The translations under genes were made by a program, and so were the position numbers. Under the pieces are notes generated by a model. The model ran no database searches. It was not told the origin of the DNA and saw nothing but the letters and a program-made list of their open reading frames with translations. From a virus (lineage: Duplodnaviria > Caudoviricetes), in IMG/VR virus record IMGVR_UViG_3300044556_000086, positions 29,434-93,433 of that record: a stretch of DNA of 64,000 bases. One strand, written 5' to 3'. Shown here in pieces: positions 28,829-39,900 of the stretch (within the stretch, counting starts at the first letter, position 1; each line of letters opens with the position of its first letter).

Positions 28829-31800
28829 GTGGCAGGATTTGAGGATACATTAAAGAGTAGTCCTTACTATGATAGGTACGTAGGGGATTCCGCTCATAAA
28901 AATGCAAATTACACCAGAGTACTAGCTCAGCCAGGTCGTGCTGAACAGGCTTCTGAATTTAATGAAATACAGTCTATTGCTAGGGATTATACTGAACGGC
29001 TGGGGAACGCTGTACTAAAAGATGGGTACGTAGTATCAGGGATAGTTCCGTCTATATCTGATACAGTTCTAACTCTTACAGCTGGTAAGATTTTTCTTTC
29101 TGGGTTGGTTAGGAATACGAACGCTGTTACACTACATGTAAATTCTGTAGGGATGGAATATGTAGTAGCTTATGTGACAGAAAGTATTGTAACCTATGCT
29201 AATGATACTAGTTTACGTGACCCAGCTCAGGGTGCTCAGAACTATAATATGATAGGTGCTGACAGGGCTAAGGAAGACGTAAATTTTGCTATAGTTACGG
29301 ATTTGAGTAACGCACCTGAGGGTTCTGCTCAGGTATATGCTTTTTCTGATGGTGTACTAGTAAAAGATACGGACACGAATCAGTATGATTTTATTAATGA
29401 CATTCTCGCTGAGCGAACCTATGATGAAAACGGGAACTATAAAGTAAATGGTCTGGATATTCAAAAGGCTATGGAAATAGATGGTGACCAGATTAGGGTA
29501 TATGTTTCTTCTGGTAAGGCTTATGTAAAGGGTTATGAAGTATCTAAGTCTAACATGTCTAGTGTACTGTTAGATGCTGCTGTAACCGATAGACTAGTTC
29601 AGAGTGAATCTCATTATTATAAGTCTACCTCTAATACGTATGAACTGTCTAATACACCTGTTAAGTCTATTTCTAACTTTACATGTTTAGTATCTGTATT
29701 AAAAGAAAAGCATTACAGGGGTTCTATTGCCGGTGGTGCCGAATCTTTAACAAATACACCGGTAGATTCTGTTTCTAAGGTATATACGCTAAATAGTTCT
29801 GGTACGATAGAAACCACATACGTTCAGGGTAGGGACTATAATTTATATAATGACCAGATAGACTGGTCTCCTACAGGGGATAACGTTCAAGAGCCTTCAC
29901 CTGGTACGACTTACTATGTAGATTATGTGTATAATAAGTCCATGGTAGAAGGAACAGACTATAGCGTTACGAATGATTCTAATTCTTCTTATATTACGTT
30001 CTTGAGTAATGGTGATAAGCCTGACCAGAATTCAAGGATGTATATTTCCTATTACTATACATTAGCTAGGAGAGACCTAATCCTGTTGGATAAAGACGGG
30101 AATTTGTCTGTTTTGAAGGGTACGCCTGCTAAGTATAGTGAGTTGATGACTCCTTATAATGGTTCTACATCTTATATTGAGTTAGGTTATGTTACTGTAT
30201 TTGCTAAGGATATGATTAAAGGTTCTTTGAAAGAAGAACACTTGGCTGAAGTAACGAACTATGATAGTGTTCGAGTAACGCAGGATAGTATGCTGACAAT
30301 GATGAGGCGTATAGAATACCTGGAAAATAGTGTAGCTCAGCTGGATATGGAACGGAGTGTAGAAGCTGGTGCTGACCTAACTTCTTTAGGTGGGTATTTC
30401 ACAGATGACTTTGATAGTATTAATAAGTCTGATATAGGGTACGTAGATTCTAAGAATAATATCTCTTACGATTGTTGTATCGACTATGACAGGAAAGAGT
30501 TGACAACAGCTGCTGATATTTCTTCTTATGATTTAACAGTAGATAGTTCTAGTAGTGAATCTTATGCTGTATATGGGGATGTTATATCGGCTCCTTATAC
30601 CTTTGGTAAGTCTATCGAGCAGTCTTGGGCTACAGGTACTTACAAGGTTAACCCTTATGCTTCTTATGGTCCTATGTGTAAAGTTACTCTAAATCCTGCT
30701 AAGGATAACTGGGTAGATACGAAGACCATTAAAGTGTATAATACGATTGAAAACCAGACATATACCACAGATACAAAAGTATATTCTCATGGATTCTGGT
30801 CTAGAAACGCTAATAAGAATCTTAGAGGGTATATTGGTACGACTACAAATACCACGACTACTTATACAGGAACGACTACAAAGACAGATATATCCGATAG
30901 AGTAGCAAAAACACTTATTGAGTATATGAGGGTTAAGCAGGTAAAAGTTACAGGGGAAGCCTTCGGAGCTAACCAGAATAATATCAGTTGTACTTTTAAT
31001 GGTAAACCCATTGATATTATAGCTTCTGGTACTTCTTCACAGGGTAGTACGTACTCTTCAGGAGGTAAGAGTTATAAGACCATTAAAGCAGATGCAAATG
31101 GTACGTTCACAGGATACTTTACAGTACCTGAAAAGACGCCATGTGGGAATGTACCCGTAGTATTTTCCGCTACTAATAACTTGGGTGAAAAACATACGGG
31201 TCAGGCAACCTACTCTGCTGTAGGGACGTTGCTAACAGACACTATTACTGATACAAAAGTTGTTACTGACCACTATAAAGTACTAACGGAAGTAGATAAT
31301 ATTTATAAGAGTGACCCGTTAGCTCAGTCTTTTATAATGGATACGGTATATGACAGGAATCTGATGAAGCTGGATTTATATTTTGCTACAAAGTCTACTA
31401 CACGTCCTGTCATTGTGCAGATTCGTAATATGGTAAACGGGTATCCAGGTGAGACAGTATATGCAGAAGTATCCATTAAATCTGAAGACGTAAATATTCC
31501 TACAAATAAGAATGTTCCGGTAGCTACTTCTGTAGTATTGAACCAGCCTGTATATTGCTATGCAGGTAGGTATTATTGTTTCTGTGTTCTGTCCGATAGT
31601 AATGATTATTCTATGTACTATGCACAGATGGGTAAGAACCGATTAGGTACTACTAATCCGGTTGTAGTTAATCCATATGCTACAGGGGTTATGTTTAGTA
31701 GTTCTAATGCTAGTACTTGGACGGCTCATCAGGATAGTGACTTGATGTTCACATTGTACAGGTCTGTATATACGGGTTCTGGTGAAATTATATTCAATAA

Positions 31801-32455
31801 TGTAAGTGCTCAGGATGCTACAGGTATTTTCTTGGATGCCGCTTATGAAGTAGATAGTGATAATAATTCTTCTAATACGAAGACAGGGTTGACCTGGTAC
31901 TATCGGTTCATGGATTCTAGGAATGGTAACTCTCTGACAGACTGGTTAGGTATAGATACTTTGACTTATCGAGACTTCCAGAGTACGACGAGTAGAATTT
32001 CATTGAAGGCTGTCATTACAACAGACTTTAGTACTTCTCCGTTCATAGATTCTGGCAGGGTAAGTTTAAGGTCGTTCACAGATGGGTTAAATGCTACGTA
32101 TATCTCTAAACATTTAACGGAATCTGATTTTTATGAACCTTATAAAGCCTTGAAGATAACTTATCAGGCCGCTCTTCCTTCAGGTTCTTCACACAAAGTA
32201 TACTATATGGATACTTCTACAGGTACCTGGAATGAGCTGGTAACTGATGCTAATACTGTACTAACTACATCTGTAGTAGATGAAGAATTTACGCAGTATA
32301 CTTGGAATGTGAAGAAGATTCATAAGCTGGTAGCTGATTCCTCATCTAGTGGGGCTACGTTCTTTAAACTGAGAATAGACTTATATACGAATATTAGGTA
32401 TAATCGTCCTAGGATTAGGAAATTGGCTTGTATCTTTAAATATGAAACTGAATAA
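28829..32455 (+). CDS. DUF4815-like large baseplate/tail structural protein
   Basis: SPYYD...PGRA.QA.E.NEIQ; LAERTYDE.GNY.V; GKAYVKGYE; DPLAQSF; SSNASTWT. Confidence 0.85.
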   Translation: MAGFEDTLKSSPYYDRYVGDSAHKNANYTRVLAQPGRAEQASEFNEIQSIARDYTERLGNAVLKDGYVVSGIVPSISDTVLTLTAGKIFLSGLVRNTNAVTLHVNSVGMEYVVAYVTESIVTYANDTSLRDPAQGAQNYNMIGADRAKEDVNFAIVTDLSNAPEGSAQVYAFSDGVLVKDTDTNQYDFINDILAERTYDENGNYKVNGLDIQKAMEIDGDQIRVYVSSGKAYVKGYEVSKSNMSSVLLDAAVTDRLVQSESHYYKSTSNTYELSNTPVKSISNFTCLVSVLKEKHYRGSIAGGAESLTNTPVDSVSKVYTLNSSGTIETTYVQGRDYNLYNDQIDWSPTGDNVQEPSPGTTYYVDYVYNKSMVEGTDYSVTNDSNSSYITFLSNGDKPDQNSRMYISYYYTLARRDLILLDKDGNLSVLKGTPAKYSELMTPYNGSTSYIELGYVTVFAKDMIKGSLKEEHLAEVTNYDSVRVTQDSMLTMMRRIEYLENSVAQLDMERSVEAGADLTSLGGYFTDDFDSINKSDIGYVDSKNNISYDCCIDYDRKELTTAADISSYDLTVDSSSSESYAVYGDVISAPYTFGKSIEQSWATGTYKVNPYASYGPMCKVTLNPAKDNWVDTKTIKVYNTIENQTYTTDTKVYSHGFWSRNANKNLRGYIGTTTNTTTTYTGTTTKTDISDRVAKTLIEYMRVKQVKVTGEAFGANQNNISCTFNGKPIDIIASGTSSQGSTYSSGGKSYKTIKADANGTFTGYFTVPEKTPCGNVPVVFSATNNLGEKHTGQATYSAVGTLLTDTITDTKVVTDHYKVLTEVDNIYKSDPLAQSFIMDTVYDRNLMKLDLYFATKSTTRPVIVQIRNMVNGYPGETVYAEVSIKSEDVNIPTNKNVPVATSVVLNQPVYCYAGRYYCFCVLSDSNDYSMYYAQMGKNRLGTTNPVVVNPYATGVMFSSSNASTWTAHQDSDLMFTLYRSVYTGSGEIIFNNVSAQDATGIFLDAAYEVDSDNNSSNTKTGLTWYYRFMDSRNGNSLTDWLGIDTLTYRDFQSTTSRISLKAVITTDFSTSPFIDSGRVSLRSFTDGLNATYISKHLTESDFYEPYKALKITYQAALPSGSSHKVYYMDTSTGTWNELVTDANTVLTTSVVDEEFTQYTWNVKKIHKLVADSSSSGATFFKLRIDLYTNIRYNRPRIRKLACIFKYETE

Positions 32456-32457
32456 AG

Positions 32458-32676
32458 GTGGTAATAGGGAAAATGTCCATAAAAACTCACCGTCCGTTCT
32501 GTGTTATGTTCAAAAGGTCTGAAGCAGAACGGAACGTAGCTAAGTTAGGAGAAACACAGCAGACGTTGAGTAATGCTGTAGATATGATTAAGAAGCTTCA
32601 GGAAGAAGTCAATAAATTAAAAGAAAGTTCTACAGTAGAAGATGAGGGGACTTCTACTGATACGGAACAGAAATAA
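32458..32676 (+). CDS. small coiled-coil protein
   Basis: Coupled to the DUF4815 gene; heptad pattern. Confidence 0.55.
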   Translation: MVIGKMSIKTHRPFCVMFKRSEAERNVAKLGETQQTLSNAVDMIKKLQEEVNKLKESSTVEDEGTSTDTEQK

Positions 32677-32700
32677 GTTTCTATACTAAGGAGATATAAA

Positions 32701-33642
32701 ATGCTGGTAAAGAACTATTCACATCCATTGGATTGGAACATAGGTAGTTTGTTTGCTCATGATGATTTTGTGTGGAAAATTCTAGGAATATGTAAGGAAC
32801 TTGGAATAGACTCAAATATAAAGTATGTGTTTGGGTCTATTCCCTGCAAATTCCAGGGTGGGAGGATTCCTGCTCGTACAGCTACGTTAGAAAACGCAAG
32901 GAAAATCATAAGACGGTATAACAAAGAATTTGGGGTGTCTTGTAGGTTAACCTTTTCTAACGCACTTATCACTAAGGAAGATTTAGGGGATGACTTATCA
33001 AACAGTTTATTACAGATTCTTGAAGATAGTAATAAAGAGTTCGGGGTGCAAAATGGGTTAATGATTACTCTGGACATGTTGGCTGATTATGTAAGGGAAA
33101 CATATCCGTCTTTGGAATTAATCTCATCTCAGGTAAAACCTTCTGTTGAAGTAGGGTTTGGGGATGATAAAGATACAGTGGATTACTATAATAAATTATT
33201 TGATAAATATGATATCGTGGTAGTCAATCCATTCAAAGTACAGGACTATTCTTTCTTGGAACAGATTAAGTATAAAGATAGGGTGGAATTTATTGTAAAC
33301 CATAGGTGTATTCCTAATTGTCCGTTAGTAAAGAAGCATTATATTACTCAAATGCTGATATCCGATAAATTTTTATCTGATGAATCTTGTGATAAGGAAA
33401 AAGAAGATTTATCTGAAATTCATTCTTGGTGTGAGTCTAATAGAAAGAAATATCCATTATTAGGAACGTCTATGTCCGAAGATGATATAGATTTATTACT
33501 AAGTATGGGTTATAAGCACTTTAAAGTAGAGGGACGGGATAATGAAGGTTCTTGTTTCGTACGTGATTTAGGGGATTATGTATTTAATCATCATGAGTTT
33601 ACTAGGGTAAGTCAGGCTATTCTCGGTATGGTAGCTGTATAG
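32701..33642 (+). CDS. peptidase U32-like (Fe-S) protein
   Basis: QGGR; EFIVNHRCIPNCP; HFKVEGR resembles the U32 E..V...C and (F/L)KIEGR motifs. Confidence 0.65.
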   Translation: MLVKNYSHPLDWNIGSLFAHDDFVWKILGICKELGIDSNIKYVFGSIPCKFQGGRIPARTATLENARKIIRRYNKEFGVSCRLTFSNALITKEDLGDDLSNSLLQILEDSNKEFGVQNGLMITLDMLADYVRETYPSLELISSQVKPSVEVGFGDDKDTVDYYNKLFDKYDIVVVNPFKVQDYSFLEQIKYKDRVEFIVNHRCIPNCPLVKKHYITQMLISDKFLSDESCDKEKEDLSEIHSWCESNRKKYPLLGTSMSEDDIDLLLSMGYKHFKVEGRDNEGSCFVRDLGDYVFNHHEFTRVSQAILGMVAV

Positions 33643-33644
33643 GG

Positions 33645-34583
33645 GTGCGAGATATGGCAACAAGTATAGAGAATGAATCTGGGGAACTGTTGTGGAGTCC
33701 AAATAATTTTGGCTCATACTCAGTAGAAAAGATTCAGTTAATCGTAGATATTCTAAAATCCTTATTACAGGATACAACCTTAAAACTAGATACCTCATCT
33801 TCATTATCTGGTGACTATTACACTAAGGAACAGACGAATGAAACGTTTCTGTTAAAGACAGATTTCAATAGTCTGGCAACGGCTCTGGTAACTAGTAAAT
33901 TGAATGAGTACATACAGCAGAAAGAAACTAGTGGTGATTTAGTAGATGCTGAAACAGTTCGTACTTGTGTAAAAATTCTGAACTGGGTATGTAAGGCTTG
34001 TTTTGACCAGTCTTATACAGATACTTCAGAAATTACGGAAATGACAGAGATTACTCCATTTCCAATTTCTATTCAGAATATAACAAGTAACTTGGCTTCT
34101 ATGAGTACTTCTGTATCTCACTTGCAGAGTGTAGTGTATGAAGTAAATTCTGATGGTACGGTATCTTCTATAGTCCGGGTAACCACGAAGTCTGAATTTA
34201 CTGCTTTGACAGATAGAATAGGCTCAGATACACTAACCACTTCTGCAAAGACTATTACAGGAGCTATCAATGAGCTGAATAGTAATGTAGCTACAGGTAG
34301 TAGGGTTACTGATTTAGAAACGAAGACGGATAACTTATCTAGTACCGTTACAAACTTAAATAGTTCGATAAGTACCTTAAATTCTACAGTAAGTAGCTTG
34401 TCTACTGCTGTATCTAATAAGGTGAATACTTCTAGTATTGTAACGAAGAGTACAGATAGTACTACCTCTGTACCCGCTGCTTCTCTGGAGTATGAGGATA
34501 GGGATAATATAAAGTCACTGCAAAATTCTTTAAATTCATTAATCACTAGGGTAACTGCTTTAGAAGCCAAGGTAAATTCTTAG
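33645..34583 (+). CDS. tail fibre-associated coiled-coil structural protein
   Basis: L.T.AKTITGAINEL fibre motif; Ser/Thr heptads. Confidence 0.65.
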   Translation: MRDMATSIENESGELLWSPNNFGSYSVEKIQLIVDILKSLLQDTTLKLDTSSSLSGDYYTKEQTNETFLLKTDFNSLATALVTSKLNEYIQQKETSGDLVDAETVRTCVKILNWVCKACFDQSYTDTSEITEMTEITPFPISIQNITSNLASMSTSVSHLQSVVYEVNSDGTVSSIVRVTTKSEFTALTDRIGSDTLTTSAKTITGAINELNSNVATGSRVTDLETKTDNLSSTVTNLNSSISTLNSTVSSLSTAVSNKVNTSSIVTKSTDSTTSVPAASLEYEDRDNIKSLQNSLNSLITRVTALEAKVNS

Positions 34584-34600
34584 GGAGGCTACGATTTTAG

Positions 34601-35080
34601 ATGGATATTATACCCTTTAAAAAAATAAAAGGTAGTGGGTATTCTTTTGGTAAGATTTGGGATACTTATGATGAACAGTTCCGTATACTAAGGGATGCTT
34701 ATCTTACATTGAATGATTCTTTTGTAGTAGAAGAATTTACGGATACCACAGATAAGACAAAGAGGTTAAAAAACTCATACACTCCTGGTCAGGTATTTGT
34801 GTATATCAATAATGTCATACAGTGGAAAGATGTAGACTACGAAGAAACCGATGGAAATACGATAACCTTATTGAAGGATATCGTAAATACAGATAAAGTA
34901 AGGATAATTACTATTCATGTGAATCAGTTGAGAGATACAGACAACTCTTTGATTAACTATAGTAATCTTATAGCTTCTTTAAGTACCACTATAGACTCTT
35001 TGACTAGTAGGGTACATCAATTAGAATACGAGTTAAAAAACTCATACACTAAGGTCATACAGTGGAAAGATATAGATTAA
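34601..35080 (+). CDS. structural protein with Ig-like V(Y)xN..Q...DY.E domain
   Basis: VFVYINNVIQ...DYEE...TITL...DKVRI. Confidence 0.6.
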   Translation: MDIIPFKKIKGSGYSFGKIWDTYDEQFRILRDAYLTLNDSFVVEEFTDTTDKTKRLKNSYTPGQVFVYINNVIQWKDVDYEETDGNTITLLKDIVNTDKVRIITIHVNQLRDTDNSLINYSNLIASLSTTIDSLTSRVHQLEYELKNSYTKVIQWKDID

Positions 35081-35118
35081 GAAGAAACGGATGGAGATAC
35101 GATAACCTTATTGAAGGA
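34765..35118 (+). repeat. partial direct duplication (34765-34878 vs 35032-35118)
   Basis: GTTAAAAAACTCATACACT and GTCATACAGTGGAAAGA...TACGATAACCTTATTGAAGGA each occur twice. Confidence 0.9.
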
Positions 35119-35136
35119 GGGTAGGGGAATATAACT

Positions 35137-36213
35137 ATGAATAAAGTACCATTTAAAATGATAGAACTCACCTTGAGTAGTGGTGAGAAGATAAACCTGG
35201 AAGATTTATTAAATTCTATGTATGATAGACAGATGTATAGTATATCTGGTGCTAACTATACAAAGTCTACCGTAGAAGATGTCATAAGTTACTTAAAATC
35301 TAAGGGTGGGGGTACGGTCGTAATCCCTCCTACAGATACGACAAATAAACTAAAAATAGATGTACATAAAAATAAAACTGGGGATTTAACTGTAAGGTAC
35401 TTGTATAATGGATATCGTCCGCCTAACTCTGGTGAATTACGTCCATTCACAGGGGATGAGTGGCAGGCTGGGGATATCATGTTCAATATGGATATGGTAC
35501 ACTCAGATGATAAGTGTTACCTATGGTATTGTAAGGGTTCTGGGAATCCTGGAACGTGGGTACAGCAGAGTGTCTGGGCTTTTAATGCAGATGATATGGC
35601 AACGTATGCTGATGCTGCCATTAAAAAGACCTTAACCTCTGATGTTTCTACAGAAGTATCTAGTCAGTTAGGTACGAAACTTCCTACAGAAGTAAAGAAC
35701 CAGTTAGACTCTGATTTACCTCCTGCTGTATCTGAAGAAGTAAAAAAACAGGTAGATGCTAATGTACCGGGGTTGGTACAGACAGATGTAGCTAATACCT
35801 TGAGTAGTACAGTACAAAGTGAAGTAAGAAAGCAGTTACCCGATGAAGTCACAAGTCAGTTGGATGCCTCTGCTGATAGTGGGTATATCAGTACTGTAAT
35901 CAAAGAAAAGGTTGATTCTGTAGTACTGTCTACATCCGACTATAAAGGGGTAATTTCTAAAGCTTTTACATTGACTGCTTCTTCTGTGGTATCTGATACT
36001 ACTTATTCTTCGTACGGGTTTAAGAATAAGTATTCTATTTCTTACTCTGGGTGTACAAGTTCCTTCACAGCAGATGTAATATTTCCTTTATACTATAAAG
36101 AGCCTTATATGGTAGAAACAGGTACAGGGGTTATTTCTATTTATTTAGTAGGGGAGCCTTCTTCAGATATGAACTGTACTCTGTTATTATCATATACAGT
36201 TACTTCTAACTAG
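35137..36213 (+). CDS. tail fibre-related structural protein
   Basis: W.AGDI.FN...W.C..SG.PGTW module; EV..QL repeats. Confidence 0.6.
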   Translation: MNKVPFKMIELTLSSGEKINLEDLLNSMYDRQMYSISGANYTKSTVEDVISYLKSKGGGTVVIPPTDTTNKLKIDVHKNKTGDLTVRYLYNGYRPPNSGELRPFTGDEWQAGDIMFNMDMVHSDDKCYLWYCKGSGNPGTWVQQSVWAFNADDMATYADAAIKKTLTSDVSTEVSSQLGTKLPTEVKNQLDSDLPPAVSEEVKKQVDANVPGLVQTDVANTLSSTVQSEVRKQLPDEVTSQLDASADSGYISTVIKEKVDSVVLSTSDYKGVISKAFTLTASSVVSDTTYSSYGFKNKYSISYSGCTSSFTADVIFPLYYKEPYMVETGTGVISIYLVGEPSSDMNCTLLLSYTVTSN

Positions 36214-36228
36214 CAAGGGGGTTTTTCT

Positions 36229-36552
36229 ATGGATGTAATAACTAAAGGTACAGATTCCGCTATTACTATGGTTTTTGATTCTAGTGAACTAGACGTAAGT
36301 AAACTCAGAAGTGTGGAAATATACTTACAACAGGGAAATACCGTACTGGTAAAGACTTTGGATGATGCTTCTATTGATGTAGAAAATAATTGTATTATAT
36401 TACTTATTACTGAGAATGAGTCTAGAAAGTTCTCTGCTAGTGTCATAAATCTACAGATGAGATACAGACAGGATGGGTCTGGGGTAACTGCTACAGATAT
36501 ACAGCCGATAAAGGTTTATCCTGTTATTTATGATAAAGACTATGAAGGGTAG
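36229..36552 (+). CDS. BppU-N-like baseplate/fibre adaptor
   Basis: I.KGT...Y.QQG...L.E.ES..F...QMR pattern. Confidence 0.5.
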   Translation: MDVITKGTDSAITMVFDSSELDVSKLRSVEIYLQQGNTVLVKTLDDASIDVENNCIILLITENESRKFSASVINLQMRYRQDGSGVTATDIQPIKVYPVIYDKDYEG

Positions 36553-36560
36553 AGATACCT

Positions 36561-36926
36561 ATGAAGATACATGTACGTAATGGTGGAACATTTGGTACTG
36601 GTAATTATAATACCCTATTGAATGTGCCAATTATTAATTTATTTGGTAGCAGTGAGAACAGTTTTGTAAACCTGGCTGGGGTTACTTCTCAAGGTACATA
36701 CTGTTTGAAAGGGTATTATAAGTATACAGTTACTAGTGATTTATACTATACAAACCCTGGTATTCTATGTTGTGTTATGGTAGAAGGTGAGTATAGGATT
36801 GTAGAATCTGTAATACTAGTAGATGGACGGAATACCTTGCATAAATTATGGTATAGGATAGATGATAATTCATTTATCAAAGAGGAATTTCAGAACTTGG
36901 AAGGGGTTCTTTGGTTAGAGGTGTAA
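36561..36926 (+). CDS. hypothetical structural protein
   Basis: GT.NYN.L.NVP.IN motif; operon context. Confidence 0.55.
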   Translation: MKIHVRNGGTFGTGNYNTLLNVPIINLFGSSENSFVNLAGVTSQGTYCLKGYYKYTVTSDLYYTNPGILCCVMVEGEYRIVESVILVDGRNTLHKLWYRIDDNSFIKEEFQNLEGVLWLEV

Positions 36927-36929
36927 AGC

Positions 36930-39900
36930 ATGGCATATAATGTACAATTTACTAGGTGTTTGCAAGAAAAGTTTGACGCCTTAGAAACGAAAGATAATAA
37001 TACAATATACTTTATCACAGACACTCCAGCACTATATCTAGGGTCTGTAAAGTATACAAGTGTCACAGAACTAGCTGCTGCTTTGACAAGGATATCTGCT
37101 AGTGAAACAAGTGTAACGAATCTAACGAATGCCTTGAGTGGTATTTCTTTATCAACTAAGGGTTCTGTTAAATCAGCTATTGATGGTGTAAGTACTTCTT
37201 TAAATACAAAGACAGGTAGTTTGACTAATCTTAAAACTGCCTCTAAAACGGACATTGTTTCTGCTATTAATGAAGTATATGTAGCTGTTGATACGGGTGG
37301 TACTGCTTCTGTAGTTACTCTAACGAAAGAAGCTACAGCAAATTCTGGGTATTTATCTACATATACCTTGTATCAGGGTACTAAATCCATAGGTCAGATT
37401 GATATACCGAAAGATTTAGTAGTAACCTCTGGTAGTGTAGTTAAGGCTACAGCTGATGAACCTATTAATGGTATGACTTCTGGGGAGTTCATTAAGTTAG
37501 TTATTCAGAACCAGGATGACCCGATTTATATTAATGCTAGTTCTCTAGTAGATGTGTATACAGCCAAGTCTGGTGCTGATAAGATTCAGTTGTCCATAGT
37601 AGGTGGGGTTATTTCTGCTGATGTCGTAGCTAAATCTATTGGAACATCTGATTTAGCCGATAGTTCTATTACAACCGTTAAACTAGCAGATGAAAATATT
37701 ACAGATGCTAAGATAGCTAGGGGTACCATTACAAAGGGTGCTTTAGCTACAGCTATTCAGTCTAGTTTAACTAAAGCAGACAGTGCTGTTCAGTCTGTTA
37801 CAGCTGGTACTTCTAATGGTACGGTTAAGGTAAATGGTACAGACTTATCTGTAACTGGGTTAAAATCAGCTGCTTATACGGAAAGTTCTGCCTATGATAT
37901 TGCTGGTGCTGCTAATGCCGTAAAATCTACAGTAACAGGTGCTTCTACAGATACAGCCACTACGTTAACTTTATATGGTTTGAAGGCTAAAGATGCTTCT
38001 TTAGAATCCTCTATTAATAGTCTGACGAATACAGTAAATAATTTAAATGTGACAGATTCTGAAAAATCTGGCTATTATGTTAGTGCTGTATCTCAGACAA
38101 ACGGGAAAATAGCTGTAACAAGGGAAGCTTTACCTGATTATAGTACAGTTGCTGCAAACGCTAATACGGCCATGAATACTGCCAATATAGCGGCATCTTC
38201 TGCCAGTGCATCAGCTACAAACGCTAAAACATCAGCGTCCGAGGCAGAATCGTCTAATCAACAGGCTAAGAAGTGGGCTAGTGCTACAGAAAGTCCAGAT
38301 GGGGCAGTAGACACGGATTCTCCTACAGGGAAAACTCAGAGTTCCCGTTCATGGGCCTTAGAATCTAAAGCCAATGCAGAAAGTGTTAGTTCTAGTGCTA
38401 GAACAGCCGCGACTCAGGCGTATTCTTCGAGTTCATCTGCTGCGAGCGCAAGTGCTTCTGCAAGTAACGCTAAAACATCAGCCACCAGTGCAGAATCGTC
38501 TAATCAACAGGCTAAGTCCTGGGCCATTGCTACAGACAGCCCAGACGGGGCAACCGATACAGGCTCATCCACGGGTAAGACGCAAAGTGCAAGGTCTTGG
38601 GCTTTATCAGCTAAGGCTAGTGCAAGTGACGCTAAGAATTATTCAGACACTCTGATTCCTATTCTCTTTGATGGTACAGTGGATACTTATAATAAAGTAC
38701 AGCGTACATGGTTCCTTTCAAATGGAGCAGAAACAGCTGATGCTGCTACACTTACATCCTTAGTTGATAAGTGGTATACCATCACGCGTCCGGACTGGGA
38801 TGGGTACGTAGAGTTCTATAATCCGGATGTATCTTCTGTAACTACAGGTACTAAACGTGGAGACTTAGCTGGTATGGTATGCGAACCGTCTACCACTACG
38901 GTAGCTGGGCGTGATGACTTTGCTGGGAATCCTTTATTCGCCGTTACGACGGTCAACTGGGTAATGAATGGAACAGAACCTCAGATTACAGCTATCAAAG
39001 GGATTACATCGAATTATGAACAGGATAATCCAGCTAAGTATGTCGGTGTAGTCCAGATGAGCGGTTATCATTATTGGACTGACCCTACAGAACAAAAGAC
39101 AGACACCTATATGGAAGGATACTGTTCTAAATATAAAAACAAATATTCACATATTGAGCCGTTACCTGAATCTATCCGAGTAGATAAAACAATTCGTCCA
39201 TGGGTCATCCACGCTAAGTATCTCGGTGGCGTCGATAGTGACGGTAAGGCTACATGTTGTTCTGGGCAGGTAATTAAAGACCAGGTATCACATAACAATT
39301 GGCATGACACGGTAAAAAATAACGGGCCTACTTATAGTGGCTGGTGTATCTGTGACTTGTCATTCCTCAAATTAATGACCCATATTAAATTTGCCAGTCT
39401 TACTCTCGATAATATTATGAACGGCTGTTTCTCGTATTATTTACAGGACTACGTAGCTTTAGCTGAATCAGATACTAACCGTGTCCTGATTGCTTCTACT
39501 GGTAATGATTACGTAGTTGGTAGTCGTATTTTTATTGGTGCTAATAAACAATCTGATGGCATCATGGAGATGACACAAAACGCTAATACTTATAGCCTTT
39601 CTGGTCGTGATGGTCGTATAGTAACTAGTGTGCAAACTGTAACGATTGATGGCACGACTTATAAAGCTATTTATTTTACTGGTTCTCCAATTACTACTTA
39701 CATCAATGATCCTTCTACTGGATTTACAGTAGCTATCCATACGGCTTGGTGGAACACGGGAAGCACAGACGATGTTCTTGGCAATACTGGGAGCATCGAC
39801 AATAAAGACCAGCGTTATCCAATTATGCTACAAGGCATTGAGTTTGCATGTGGCCAATATGAAATCCCTGTAGACTGTATCGTTAAATATTGGCAGGATA

